Source: Hydrolagus colliei
Taxonomy: Eukaryota
Assembly: GCA_035084275.1 (NCBI GenBank)
Contig: CM068743.1
Span: 89,466,001-89,530,000, forward strand
Direction of reading: 5' to 3'
DNA length: 64,000 nucleotides
The notes under the pieces are model-generated. The model was not told the origin of the DNA and ran no database searches. It saw only the letters and a list, made by a program, of their open reading frames with translations. The translations under genes were made by a program, and so were the position numbers. Below, piece by piece: positions 35,764 to 48,800 of this stretch. How positions within the stretch are numbered: position 1 is the stretch's first letter; each line of letters starts with the position of its first letter.

Positions 35764-37036
35764 CTTTCTAGTATATCTTTTAAGTATACAGCCAGTTTGC
35801 TGCAGACAGACAAGGCAGCAGCTTGGACCAGTAAAATTAATGACAATAATCTAGAGATTTGCTGGGGGTTGGATTTCCCTCTGAATCCAACCGCCAGCTT
35901 GGTTGCAAACCCTTACGTGACATGAAAGGTGCTGTCTAAATACAATTTGTTGTTGTTACAGTGCCATGATATCTTTTACCATTCAACCGAATAAGCAGAC
36001 TGAAAATTTTGTGCATCTAAAAGTGATCCAAGAAACAAAGCTCAGCACCGTTCCTCCCAATATTATGTTGTATCGACATTACCTCAGCTCTCAGAATAGC
36101 ATTGTTTGGTACATCGCTCAAAGATCTTGCTTTGCTGCTGACTGGTCCTGGCTCCGCACTAATTAACACCCAACCCAGCTCAGCTACAAATCAGAAAATT
36201 ATTGACCCATTTTTATTGTGCCTGCCAAAAAGTTATAGAAATCATTAAGCTAATGTTTTGTTGATGAACTCATTCAAAGGAAGTAAATTTCATTCTTTCT
36301 CTTCAAGTAACTCAAATTCATAAGTGTTCTGTCCTACAGTGGTTCAAAATCTGCCCTTATAATTTAGGTGTTCAATCACCCCAACTGTTTTCTGTGAAAA
36401 GTTTGTCTCATCTGTTTTCTTTATTATCCAAGAAATGAAGAATGTTGGGTTAATCACCAAAGCTACAAATTTTCTCATTATTTGAATGAAGTTGTCCTTC
36501 TACAAACCTGCCTGCCCTCTCAATTTTTTAACTTAACCTTGTGATTATTAAACAGTCTACCTTTCAGTCTTTTTTTTAAAAAAAAGGTTTGCCTGCTTCC
36601 TCATTCACAGAACTAACGTTACATATTTCTGCTGGCTTTGCTACCAACCCTTGTGGTGTGCACTTATAATAAGATTCCTATCAAAGGCTAATATTTTAGT
36701 GACCAACAACAACAAATGACATATATGTCGGGTTTGTGATTTATCACTCCTTAGGGTACAATTTTGAGCCGAGGCATATGAAAAATGCTTGGGCAAAGAT
36801 TTTCTGTCCAAAATAACTCTTTAGTTTCTTAACAAGCAGTATCTTTTGGAGATGAATATTATTTCATAAGCAAATTGAAATTCATTAAAATAAGGAAACA
36901 TGTAACTGCAGTAGATAGTGCGCACAAAACACATGGTACAATGTTTATGGCAGTTGCATCATTTTTACAGATTCTCTGCATCAAATAGATTGTTTGTGTT
37001 TCTATTTATTAATGTGATATATTACCTGTTTGGTAG

Positions 37037-37113
37037 GTGTGATGCTGGCAGTCCGTCCATCCATCCAGTGGGTTGGTGTCAGGAACAGAGCAAACCACTT
37101 ACTGCTCCACAAG
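37037..37113 (+). CDS. l3mbtl4: Exon J, MBT2 end (CDAGSPSIHPVGWCQEQSKPLTAPQ)
   Basis: Acceptor tgtttggtag, donor AAG|gtgggt, 77 nt, phase 2->1. Confidence 0.94.
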
Positions 37114-37989
37114 GTGGGTCAGTCGATCATTGTTCACACATCTGTATGGTTTTCTAGAACCAGAAAGAATCCTTCCCTCATCTGTGTTGATTTAGAGCGA
37201 AGGCTCTAAACCCCCAATCCTGGGGACGTGAGATGCTCTCTTCCAAATCCTTAATATCTTTTATTTTACTCATTCCTGTATTCCCGCAGCACTTCCTGAC
37301 TTAAATGCCCAGCAATGGTGCGTACAGCAGTGGAGTGGACAACACATTCCATATAAATCCAGTATATGTCATGTGAGTGTTAGGACATTGTGCAGCAGAT
37401 AACCGTTCTTGATAGGCTCAAGGGATTGAAATCCAATAAATCCCCCCCGCCCCTTCCCCCTCCCCCCCCCCCCCCCGCTCCCCCCAACCCCTCTCCTGCT
37501 GTAACCGAGTGAATTTAAAGAATCAAGGGAGAATATTTGTGAAATAACAAGAGACATTTAGAGAGAAATGATCAACCATGGAAAGGTTCTGACAGACTGA
37601 GAAAATTTGGTTCTTGCCTTTAAGAAAGATGACTGAGCCGCAATTGGCAACTGCAGGTCACAGGCCAGCTCCACGCCAAATCATTGTCCAATGTTTAGTG
37701 GGTTTTTTTGTAGGGGGTGGTGAGCTAGGTCATGCACATGCAGAAACCCATCACCGTGTTTAAAAGTATCCAAATTAAACTGAGAGTTCCACAAATGTAT
37801 ACTACCTGTGCATGCAATTTTCTCTTGTTTGGAATGGAATGCTGCTTTCCCCCAGAGGGACATGTACTGCTAACCTAATCCAAGAAAGGATTAGTCACAG
37901 GTTGACAGGAGGCAAGGCTGAGGGATCCCAGAGTGTGCAATGGGGAACTGCTGGAGTCTAACCAGCTTAGACTGTAGCTTTCCATTTCA

Positions 37990-40523
37990 ATCACTGTCGA
38001 GCAAGCTTCCCGTTGCTTTTCCAGCCTTTTCCCTGCCCATTGATGCTTTGGTTTACAGGGTTAATAAAAGCAGAGTGGGAAGAATCCTATCCCTTCAATG
38101 ACTTGTATGCCCTTCAAAATCTTGCTGATCAATCAGCTTGGCTCGGCAATCATCAGCAGTATCGTGCATTACTGGAGACCTGTCTACACCTCCCATCAAA
38201 CCCTACGCCCTGTGGCGGTGGTGTGGCCATCATCTAAAGGACATTACTTGCTCTATCCCCCTACTCCTGTGGCTCATTCCTCTCATTTAAGCGCCTTGCT
38301 CTCTGCTATCTCTCCAATCTTTCCCTCAAAATTCTCCTGGTCTACCTCTCTATCCTCCTTGTCCCCCAAAATTTTCACCACCTTCATCTCTGATAATATC
38401 TCCACACTCCTAGCTTTCCTATGTCTCTGTTCTGATTGCTTCCTTATGTTCGGCGACTTCAAACTTCAGTTCACCCCTTCCTGCTTCATCTCCGCGGACT
38501 TCTCTCTCTTCTCTCAACCTGTCCCTCCACATCCATTCTACTCATGTTCATGCCCACCCACTCGATCTGGTAATCACCTGGGGCTTGAGTGTTTAGGATA
38601 TCACCGACAAGGCCATCTCTGACCACCACTTCATCTCCTTTAACTTCTCAATCCCTCTTCCCATCGCGATCTAACCCACCTCCAGCCTGTACTGTCCTTG
38701 GAAGAAAATCTCCATACAGTCCATCTCCACAGACCTAGAATCATCTGAACTCCTCCTCCTCTGGCCTACCTCCTGCACTGACCTATCCTTCTCGCTCACT
38801 GTCCTCCATTCTACCCTCTCTGCTACCATCGATGCCCTTGCCCCCCTCACCTCCTGAACCGTTTCCGACTCACAAACCTCACCTTGGTTCACCAGCCACC
38901 TCCTCTCCTTCAAGGATCAGGTACGGGTTGCCAAACGCATCTGGCTCAAATCTGGCCTAAAGGTACATCTGGTTGGACCACATCAAAATTTACTGCTCCG
39001 CTCTTGCCTCCACCAAATAATCCTTCTACTCCAAGATAATCTTGGTGGCACAGGTCAACCCCAGGCCTATTCTCCATAACAAACTGCTCCTACATCCACC
39101 CCTCCCCACTACCCTCTCCCCCCCATTTGTCACCTATTCTCTCCTCTAACTCTCACTGTGAGGAGATGCTTGATTTCCTCAAGTCCCAAATCAAGGTAAT
39201 CCATTCAGCTCCCCCTGCCCACACTCAAACCCCTAGCCACCCATCCTTACACGCTTTCGAGCCGGTCTTCCCCTCTTCTGTTATCACAATCTTATCCTTT
39301 ATGAGCCCATCACCTGTTCCCGTAAACCTATGCCCAACCACCTCCTTAAGTCCCAGATCTACCTCCTACCTCCCAGATCTACCCCCCTACTCTCCGTGAC
39401 CATCAATCTTTTCCTTTCATCCAGTTCTGTTCCCACCCACCCCTCAAAACAACCACAATAACCCCCATCCTCAGGAAACCTTCCCTGGATACATCTCTGC
39501 TCTCCAATCTAGCATTTCTTTCCAAGATCCTTGAAAGAGTCTTTGCCTCCCAGCTTCTCACTTTCCTCCCACTCCCTACATGAGCCTTTTCACTCGGGTT
39601 TCACTGTGCTGCTCACAGCACGGAAACTGCTCTGGTCAAGGTCACAAATGACATCTCGTACATCTGTGACCAGACTCTCTCTGCCTTCTCATACTTCTTG
39701 ACCTCTCTGCCGCCTTTGACACCATGGACCATTCAATCCTTCCACCATCTCTCCGCTCATATCGACCTTCAAGGTTGTGTCCTTGACTGGTTCAGGTCCT
39801 ACTTCTCTCCATTTTCCACCAACGGTTTCCTTTTCCAGCCCCCACACCATCTCGTGCTGTGTTCTTCAGGCCTCTCCTCTTCTACATGCACTCCTTGGTG
39901 GCATCATCTGCAGACATGGGGTAAATTTCCACATGTATGTGGATGAGCCCCAACTCTACCTCTCTACCTCACCCTCAATTCCAGGATAACAGGGGTCCTG
40001 ACAGAATGCCTGTCAGACATCAAGTCCTAGATGAAAGATAACTTTCTACAGCTGAACGTCAGCAAAACCGAGGCCCTCCTGATTGACTCACACCTCCGCC
40101 TCTGAATGGTCCTCCGCACCTCAGGCACTGGCAGCATCAGCACACTCCACCTACCAAGCCAGTCATGAACCTGGGTATCTTGTTTGACTCTGAATTGTCC
40201 TTTCTCCCCCATATCCGTGCCATGACCAGCCTTCCACCACCTCTGGAACGTCTCCATCACTGCCTCACCCCTCAGGCTGCTAAAACCTTTACACACTTGT
40301 TTTTTTACCTCAAGGCTCGTCTATGACTAGTTCCTCCTTATCGGCCTCCCCAACTCTTCCCTCCACAACCTGCAAACTATCCAAAACTCTGCAGCTCATG
40401 TCTTTTACCACACCAGGATCCTCGACTCCATCACCCCCACCATTGACCCCTGAATGTTTAGTGCCTTGGGATGCCCTCCTGACATGAAAGGAGCTCTACA
40501 AATGTAATTTTTTGTTGTTGTTG
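37990..40523 (+). mobile_element. Long decayed L2 LINE (endonuclease to RT to tail, with internal deletions)
   Basis: GGGVAII, MFGDF, ISDHH endonuclease remnants. [43 protein letters not shown] remnants. Tail aaatgtaattttttgttgttgttg. Confidence 0.85.
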
Positions 40524-41280
40524 CCTGCCTCCGGACCTAGACTACGGAGACGGTTACAGAGGTTTCTATTCCAATTACATCATTTTGTAACTAGCTCAGC
40601 CCCAAGGAAACACTTCTGCATATGCCTGATACTTGAAACGTGTGAAACTTGTTGAGTGTAATGATCTTTCCAAATCTCTGTGTGCAGTTCACTGAGTATG
40701 ATTTCCACAACAATTTCACAGCAAACAAATTGTTCCCATTTCCAATTAAATGAATGATGTAACTTTAAATTCAGAATGCTTCTACGAATGCCATTCTAAA
40801 ATTAATTAGCTTAATTTGATGCAAAAATATCCTCTCTCTTGATCTTCACAAATTTATTTTCATTTAAACTACAGCAGAAAATCGATTTATATTTAACCTG
40901 GAACAATAATAAGGATTCATGCTTGTTTCTAAAATTCAGTGCCCATAAAATGATCTGTAAATATTTTATGATTATTGGTTAATAAACTCTTGTACCTAAT
41001 TTATTTTAATACAACATGGATTTTGGCGGTTTGTTAACCTTTTCCAGTGTTTGTTGCAAACATTATTGGCGATTCAACAGTAATTCGCCTCCAGCACAAA
41101 CAGCAGCAGAATGGCTGGGTTGAGAACTAAATTTGCAGATTTGATACTGTTACTGCTGTTGAGGTTGGCCAAAGCATTGGGTTGCCTTACAAAGAATAAC
41201 AAAGAATGTATCTAATGGGAACAAGTAATTTGGCCCCACCAGTTCATACCGTTGTATATTCCACAAGTCGAGTTTATTTT

Positions 41281-41381
41281 CCCTTGTAAAAAAGTACCAT
41301 GGTAGTACCACAGTACTACCACCATTACCATGGAACTCCCATGGTACTACCACCATTACCATGGTACTTTTTTTATAAGGG
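41281..41381. mobile_element. 101-bp palindromic MITE (CCCTT...AAGGG ends)
   Basis: CCCTTGTAAAAAAGTACCATGGTA ... TACCATGGTACTTTTTTTATAAGGG, internal TACCATGG/TACTACCACCAT repeats, TT on both flanks. Confidence 0.75.
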
Positions 41382-41559
41382 TTGTTTTCTATACGTCTCT
41401 ACCCCTCTCCATATCACATCATGTTTCTTCCAATCCACTTCCATTCAGAGGAAATTTTGAACTGCCTAAGCTGTTCATCAACTTAATTTAGGATTCATAA
41501 TCTTTATCAAATGGAATCAGTAAGAATAGGTATTTGTTTTATGCCTCCAACTTTATATA

Positions 41560-41983
41560 AATAATATTTCTTACATTTGATATATAACTTTTTAGAAGGA
41601 TGTTTGAAAGATCTTCACAGTGTTTCACTGCGAAGTGTAGTGACTCTGTATTTTGAAAGTGATTGGAGTAGCCAGATTGTGCACAGCGATGTCCTATGAA
41701 CAGCAATGAAGTGAATGACCAATTTTTATCTTGAGAATGGATTGACCAGGACATCCAGAGAAACTCCCTTCTCTTTTCAAGTGGTGTCATTGGATCTTTA
41801 ATGTCCATTTGAACACGCAAACAGGACTTTAATATCTTGTCCAAAGGATGGCAACTCCCAACAGTGCGGTATTCCCCCAGTACTGTAGTGGAGTGTCAGC
41901 CTGAATTGTCCTTATGTGGAGTTTGAATCCACAGGCTTTTGACTCAGAAATATGAGTGCTACCAACTGAAGTAAGCTAACACC
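41560..41983 (-). mobile_element. DeuSINE-type SINE, near full length
   Basis: Reverse of head (gagtgctaccaactgaagtaagctaacacc), Deu-like core (ggatctttaatgtcca...tttaatatcttgtccaaaggatggcaactcccaacagtgc) and tail. Confidence 0.75.
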
Positions 41984-42892
41984 TGGCTGAGCCCAGATTT
42001 CAACAAATAATATCACACAAAAGAATGAACATATTATAACTGGCTTGCAGTTTACCTTTGAGCTTAATGATTCCCTTGTTTAAAAATATGTTCAAACAAA
42101 CAGCCTTTAACCAGAGCATGTCTTTGACTGAAGGGTCATTAACCTAATAAAAGCAGACTAATTTTAAGAACATTAATATATCATTGTAGGAAACTCACAA
42201 TTCCTTGAGGCTTGTGTGTATGGGAAATCTCATTACTACCTTATGCTTGCCAGGATGATTGAAAGAAAGCATTAGTTGTGCTTGTCCCCTAAGGAAGAGA
42301 TGCTTGCTTTATAAATGAGCAGGAGGTTTATAGAGTGCATTTATACTATACCATGGAGACTGCACATGTGTCAAGATTGAACATCCATGTATGGGTGATG
42401 TGCTTCATCACACACAAATAAGGGTATTTTTCTCGTTTGCAAAATCTCAAGTGTTCAGACAAAGGCGAAAGGCTTGCTTTGAAAACTTGTAGAACAGCAT
42501 TGGTTTTGACAAGGAATGAGATTAACATTAAAATCAACTGATCCTCCGCTCTGTGTTTTTTTTTATTTGCCATTTAGGATTCGGCATTCTGTTGAGATTA
42601 GGCTCAAACCACCAGCTACTACTCACACTTGATTGTTGTTACTTTTAACCTAAAAGTATTATTGAAATCTTAAGTCAGGTTGCTTGATCCCAGGTCTCCA
42701 AGTTGACCTAATTGAATCAGAATCATTTTGTTTGCATTCCAACAAGGATTTCAACCTTCCAAAAATTACAGAGCGTTCGTTACATCCTGTTAGATTTCCT
42801 CCAACGTCAGCAGAATTCCTATTGCATTCAATTAAATGTTAGTTTCATTTCTTGGACCCTAAGGATCAGAAAAACGTTCATGGGATGCTATA

Positions 42893-43035
42893 AGGGGGAG
42901 AGAGGACATTGTTCAAACTGTATATGGGGGGAGGAAACTGTATCATGTGTTTATGGTGGGGACATTGTATCATGTCTCTATTGGAGGGTGGACATTGTAC
43001 AAAGTGTATACAGTATTGGGGAGAGAGAATTGTAG
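42893..43035. repeat. Degenerate tandem repeat (unit about GGGGACATTGTATCATGTGTATAT)
   Basis: About five imperfect ggacattgta/aaactgta-gggg units are visible. Confidence 0.5.
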
Positions 43036-44156
43036 CACAACTTGCTTTTATAATTGCGGTTTTTCACACAGGGTCTTAGAGCCATGGAAAGTGCAGGTAA
43101 ATTGATTAAGAAATTTCACTTGTAATGTGATTTTTTAAAAATGTACTTCTTACCCAGTTCACAATCACTTACCGCAATCACAAACTTTTTGTCTATTCTT
43201 CTCCTAACATTCCTCAGTTTTGTGAAGTTGCCGAGTGTGCTGTGATGTGGTTCTGTAGGTGTTGGCAGTGCGCTTTAGTGTCTATTTTTCAAATGCGAGT
43301 TTTTCAGGAGAGTTTACTGTAATATGTGCACTCCTGCATTGCATTGGAGTGTCAGCTTGGCTTGGACATAGAATGTGATCATAGGAGGAACTTGGGATCA
43401 AGAATGGAAGACTGGAATCAATCACTGTAAGAAAAGATCTATCATTGCAAATAACCTAATGTTAGCAGCTACTCCTGTACAATAACCTTCACTCTAAAAT
43501 TGCCTAAATGCAAACTGTATTACAGTCCGATTGTTGTTCTATTACTAAGACACAACATTTCTGATTTTAAGTTAAGAATGTGACACAGATTTTATTACTT
43601 TGTCTTAATACTGCAACTACGCATTACAGTGTTCAGCCTATGTAGGTCAACGGAAAGTGGTCTGTAAGCTTTTAAAGTGATATCTCTATATACTGCCACT
43701 GATAATTCGATTGATATGTTAAACACTTAATTTTCAATGCTTTTGTGCAAAGGAGCATTGCAGCCCTGTCTAAAAATATAATTTCTCACTTTCTGTTTTG
43801 TACGTTGCAGTGTATCTGATGAAAGCACCATTTGTTTGACAGGAACCTATGAATATGTGGTATAATTGTACTGCCGAATAAGCAGAGGAAGGAAAAAAAG
43901 AATCCATTTGACTAAATTATTGATGAACCCAATAGAACATTCAGTTGGAAATTAAATTTGTGTTACTGTGGCTCAATTCCTACCTCTTTAGCAATTTAAA
44001 TAGCATAAAACATATTGTTGATGTAAATTTTGTCTTATTGATGCCAATCACGAGCTCTAACTTTTCATTGTGAGATGCCTGTTGTAAACATTTATCAAAA
44101 AAATTCCTAGTGTCAGAGATTGAGGTTTGTTGAGGTTTTAGAAAAATCATCGTGAG

Positions 44157-45450
44157 ACAACAACAAATGATAAAATTATACTTGTGTGGCTTCTTTCATG
44201 TCAGGAGGACGTCCCAAGGCGCTGGACAGACCCAAGCTGGGATTGGGGTTGGGGAGGGTGGAGTGAAAGGGGGGATTTGGGGTGACCGATGAAACCATCG
44301 AAGAGGAAGATCTTGAGGCGGGACTTGAAGGAGGCCAGAGAGGCAGCGTGGCTGAGGGACTCTGTGATGGCGTTCTAGAGATTGGGGACAGAGTGGTTGA
44401 AGACTTGCCTGCCAATGGTGGGGCAGATGGGTCGGGGGAGGTGGAGCCGGTCAGAGCCTGCTGAGCAGAGGGGGGCAGGCAGGTTGGTAGGGGGTTAGGA
44501 GGTCGCAGAGGTAAGGTGGGACAAGGCCGTGGAGGGCTTTGAATGTGAGGACCAAAATCTTGAATTGGATCCTCTGGGTGATGGGGAGCCATTGAAGTCG
44601 GGTGAGGATGGGGAAGATGGGGTCACAAAACCTGGAGTGGTAGAGGATACGTGCTGCAGAGTTCTGGATTATCTGCAACCTATGGAGGGAGGAATTGTGT
44701 AGGCCAACAAGCAGGGCATTCAAATAGTCGAGCTGGGATGCGATGAAGACATGAATGAGGGTTTCAGCGGCCTTGGGGGGGTGAGGTAATAGCGGAATTG
44801 GGCAGTATTGTGGAGGTGAGGGATGGCAGAGTGGATCATTGCTTGGATGTGGAGGAGGAAAATCAGTTGAGAATTGAACAAAACATCTAGGTTCCTGACT
44901 GGCTTGGTGAGGTTGAGGGTGAAACCATGGTGATTGACGCTGCCAGTGCCTATTGCGTGAAGGCACTGGCGCGAGCCAATCAGGAGGACCTCGGTCTTGT
45001 TGACATTCAACTGTCGAAAGTTAGTTCTCATCCAGGACTTGATGCCTGTCAGTCAGTCAGGACAGTAGTGGTCCTGGAATCAAGGATAGAGGCAGAAAGA
45101 TATTTGGGTGCCATCCACATACAAGTGGAAGATAACCCCATGTCTGCAGATGATGTCACCAAGAGGGAGTGTGTAGATGTTAAAAAGTAGGGTGTTAAGG
45201 ATAGAGCCCTGGGGGACTCCACAGCTGATAGTGCGGGGGCTGGAAGAGAAGCTGTTGGTGGTGACAAAGTGGAGACGGTGAGAAACGTAGGAGTCGAATA
45301 AGACGAAGGCAGATCTGTGAAGATTGAGCTGGGAGGAGAGGCAGTGGTCGACAGTGTCGAAGGCAGCAGAGAGCTCGAGGAGGACAACAAGGCAGAGAGA
45401 GCCCTGATCATAGATGTTTAGAATGTCATTAGAGACTTAGACCAGGCCTG
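44157..45450 (-). mobile_element. L2 LINE fragment (RT and 3' end), relatively well preserved
   Basis: MRTNFRQLNVNKTEVLLIG...VRNLDVLFNSQL, AETLIHVFIASQLDYLNALLVGL...LQIIQNSAARIL...LQWLPITQRIQFKILVLTFKALHGL. Confidence 0.9.
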
Positions 45451-45540
45451 TCAAAACGAAGAGACAAAGCAGGTTTTGGACAAATTTCCCAATAATTCTG
45501 TAGTTTTTTTAAAAACAGATTAAGGATTCAAAAAGTATTT

Positions 45541-45832
45541 ATAATAATAATAATCCTTGCATTTTGATAAAGCGCTTTTCACGTCTTCTAGACGTCTCAA
45601 AGCGCTTTACAAAATATGCTGTAAATTGAATTGACTATATATTTGTGGGCGAAACGCAGCAAGCAATTGCGCGCAGCAATGTCCCACAAGCAGTCGTGGA
45701 TTCAAATGACCAAGTTATTGTTTATTTTGAAGGATTATTATTAGGCGTGCGGAATAAGGAAACTTGTCTAATGTGAACCCAGGTCTTTTAACTTTTTAGG
45801 CGAGTGCTCTAACCACTGATCTATAGGACTCC
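45541..45832 (-). mobile_element. tRNA-derived SINE (short family)
   Basis: (taa)n tail through gagtgctctaaccactgatctataggactcc head. Confidence 0.8.
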
Positions 45833-48800
45833 ACTTTCTGAAACTCAAGAGATATTTTTAAAAATGTGATTGCAATCATTGATATGAACTAAAAATGTAA
45901 AATTTGAGGTTGTGCCAAGATGGTATTACAGGACCTGGCACTGAAATTAAGAGTATTATGTCTTGTTATCAGATTGAGTATCACATTTTTTCACACCAAT
46001 TTCATTTTAACAGCCAGTTGTGTTAATAACAATGCATGGGGGCTTTTTTTCTCTGAGTGGAAAATTCCTCTGAACAAATTTACATTTTACAAATTATATT
46101 TGTCCAGCTGCAAAATTAAAATATTAGATGATGAAACACGTGAAAACATGAAATTGTAGAAACATGTTTCCTGATTGTTTCCAAATATTGCAATACCGGG
46201 GGGACAAGTGACTATTGTTATGTGCTAGCCTTAAAAATTAGTTGCAACAGTATGTGTAATATTCTCCTTGCATTTGATGTAGTGCCTAGTCACGTCTCAA
46301 AGCGCTTCACAAAATATATTATAAAGTAGATTTACCGTGTATTTTGTGGGCGAAATAGTGCTTTTAACTACTGTGCTGAGGGACTATATTAGGTTAACGG
46401 TACCATAAGCTCTGGAATTTCCTCCCTCCACTGCTTAGTGGAGGGATTTGCCTCAAATCTGACTTCTTCACACGCCAGTAGCCTCTTTTCATTGGTTGGT
46501 GTCCAGTCTCAATAAAGCTCTCTAAGCCGTTACTGTTCACGAATGGTTGGTGCACATGCATGCTTTGCTACAGGGAAAGTGGAGTACGCGGTTCTGCCAC
46601 TTGAGCCTGCTCCGCCATTACATAAGATCATGGCTGATCTGAACCTCGACTACAATTTCAGTTCAGTTCACATTTGAAACATTCACAAAGATTATTATTA
46701 TTATTCTTATATAAGTTGCTAGGGCAGATCGTGTGTGGTGACTTGCTCCTTACTGTATCTGCACTAGTTTTCTTTTTGTGCTCAGTGTCTGTAAATGTAA
46801 GTATAAGTATATAGAGGGAATTATAGGTGCTCTTAAATATGTAATTAAACAATAAAAATAACTGTTCTTAACTTGATAATTATTAAATCCTTTTAAGTGG
46901 CTGTTAATTACATAACTAAGACCACCAACAATTCTCTTTGCAACATGCTAGAATAACGAACAAGTTACACCCCCCAATGATTGTTTAAAATAGAGTAAAA
47001 ACCTAGAAACAGACCACAATAAAATGTTTAAAGACGACGTGTCAAGTAAAGGATTAAGAAATAGAAATCTTTCATGAGCGAGGTTTTCGTATCACAGAGG
47101 TCTGATTGAATTCCTCTTGCGATATAAGAAAACTCTTGATGATCGTTCACTGGACTTGGTTTTACAAAACCTGATCCTTGCGATGTCAGTCTCGGTTCAT
47201 TCAAATGCTTGCCTTGTTCAGAATTTGTTGTTACTGTTCAGTTTCTCTGTGTATTCTGTAACTTTGTGCGAGTGGCATGAAGAGGATCTTTTATAATATT
47301 TGGTTGTTTGGGAGCATGCCAAGCCATTTTGGTGATATTTGTGAGAACATTGTAGTCTGCACCAAGTGTTTGTTTGACATAACTTTTTCTCTGCTGGAGA
47401 ATTTACTGCTGGATTTGAAAGACCCGAAGGAATTGTGTGGAGCAGGGGTTCAGGGCTGTGCAGCATTTGCAAGGAAATGGTTGTCAGTACCATGAATGCC
47501 TACAAGACTCTAGGAGTGGTAAGGCCTGTTGTGGTGCTGATGTCTTTTGGGCTCAACAGAGAAATTGTTAGTGGTATTAACAGAACTTACTGTGCACCAT
47601 GTTTCAGTCTAATAAGCAAATCATTGATTTTTCACATGCAGTTACTGTATATAGTAGATTTGGGGCATGAAATGCAGTGACCGAAATAGCGGGCAACTCT
47701 GGTTATTACAGTAAAGATGCACCCTGAGAATTGCAGTCTTATCGACAAAAATTCTTAAATGTTAGAATGATATAAATAGCACTCAAAAGGCCACATACAG
47801 TACTGTGAAACCAGTCGTGCAAACGACTATCGGGTTAGCTACTAACAACACAATTTGACAGAATAGAAGACTACTGTATTTAAAAGTGCTACTGTACCTA
47901 ATTGTAAATATTGTATTTATTTGGCAAATATATATTCCCAGTGCATTTCTATTTTAATTATTTAATAGCATGCTTGCAAGTCTCTTACCATTGAACAAAA
48001 AGGTGCAGTGATGGGTCTGTAAATGATTAACGTGAAACATGTTTGTAAATTGCACACTTAAATACTGTAATTGTTTACAAATGATGTTAGCACTGGTAAA
48101 TGCCCTCTGCTGGATCTAAAAGTAGTTTCATTACTTAAATCAGCATTAAGAAAATCCTGCCTCAAGTGATAATGTATCTGAATTCTGGATTAACTCTGAT
48201 GTATAACTATCTGCTTTGTGGTGCGTAGCATGTGCAATCAACCTGATAATATCCCATTTAATGTATTAATGCTTATCAAAGCATATAAACCAAATGTATT
48301 GATGTAGTCCTTTGGCCCAAAATTCACAAAGCAAATATATGAATGTTGTGAACTATTTATATCTCTTCCCTTCTATCTCTCTTTCACTGGGCAAGATGTG
48401 GAAGCATTAATACATAAACTGGCATTTTTATAAGACCTAACATTTCCACCAATAAACTGAATCTGTCTTGAATCAAACTCAAGATCTTCTTTGACTGGAT
48501 GCAAGGGGAACAGAGCAAATTACCATTTGGCATAACCTGAAGTAGTAGCTAATCCATTACTCGGTTTGACTATTGTACTTTCTTAAAATGGAATTCACTG
48601 TCAGGCTTTAGCAATAGATTATAAATTGCAATTCCTTTATATGAATTCAATAATATTTTCGCTAGCTAGCACACAGAATTTGTAAAGAAAAGTCATATTT
48701 TTCACCTCATTGTGTCCAATGAGAAGTGTTGCAAGTATTTTCTTTTACACAGCTGTAATTAATTACATTAAAAGCAAAATTGAGGAATTAAGCAGTGAAG

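Noticed and set aside
34752-35925. Long Pro/Ser-rich ORFs (281 and 338 aa)
   Set aside because: They are stop-free only because of the C-rich minisatellite inside a hAT MITE, and they have no domain signal.
44176-45411. ORFs of 100-170 aa as a possible active retrotransposon gene
   Set aside because: They are frameshifted, 5'-truncated L2 remnants.
47277-47525. Possible alternative first exon ending GTG|gtaagg at 47518
   Set aside because: The ATG-containing frame is phase 0 but exon K needs phase 1, and the phase 1 frame has no ATG after an upstream stop. There is no homology support.
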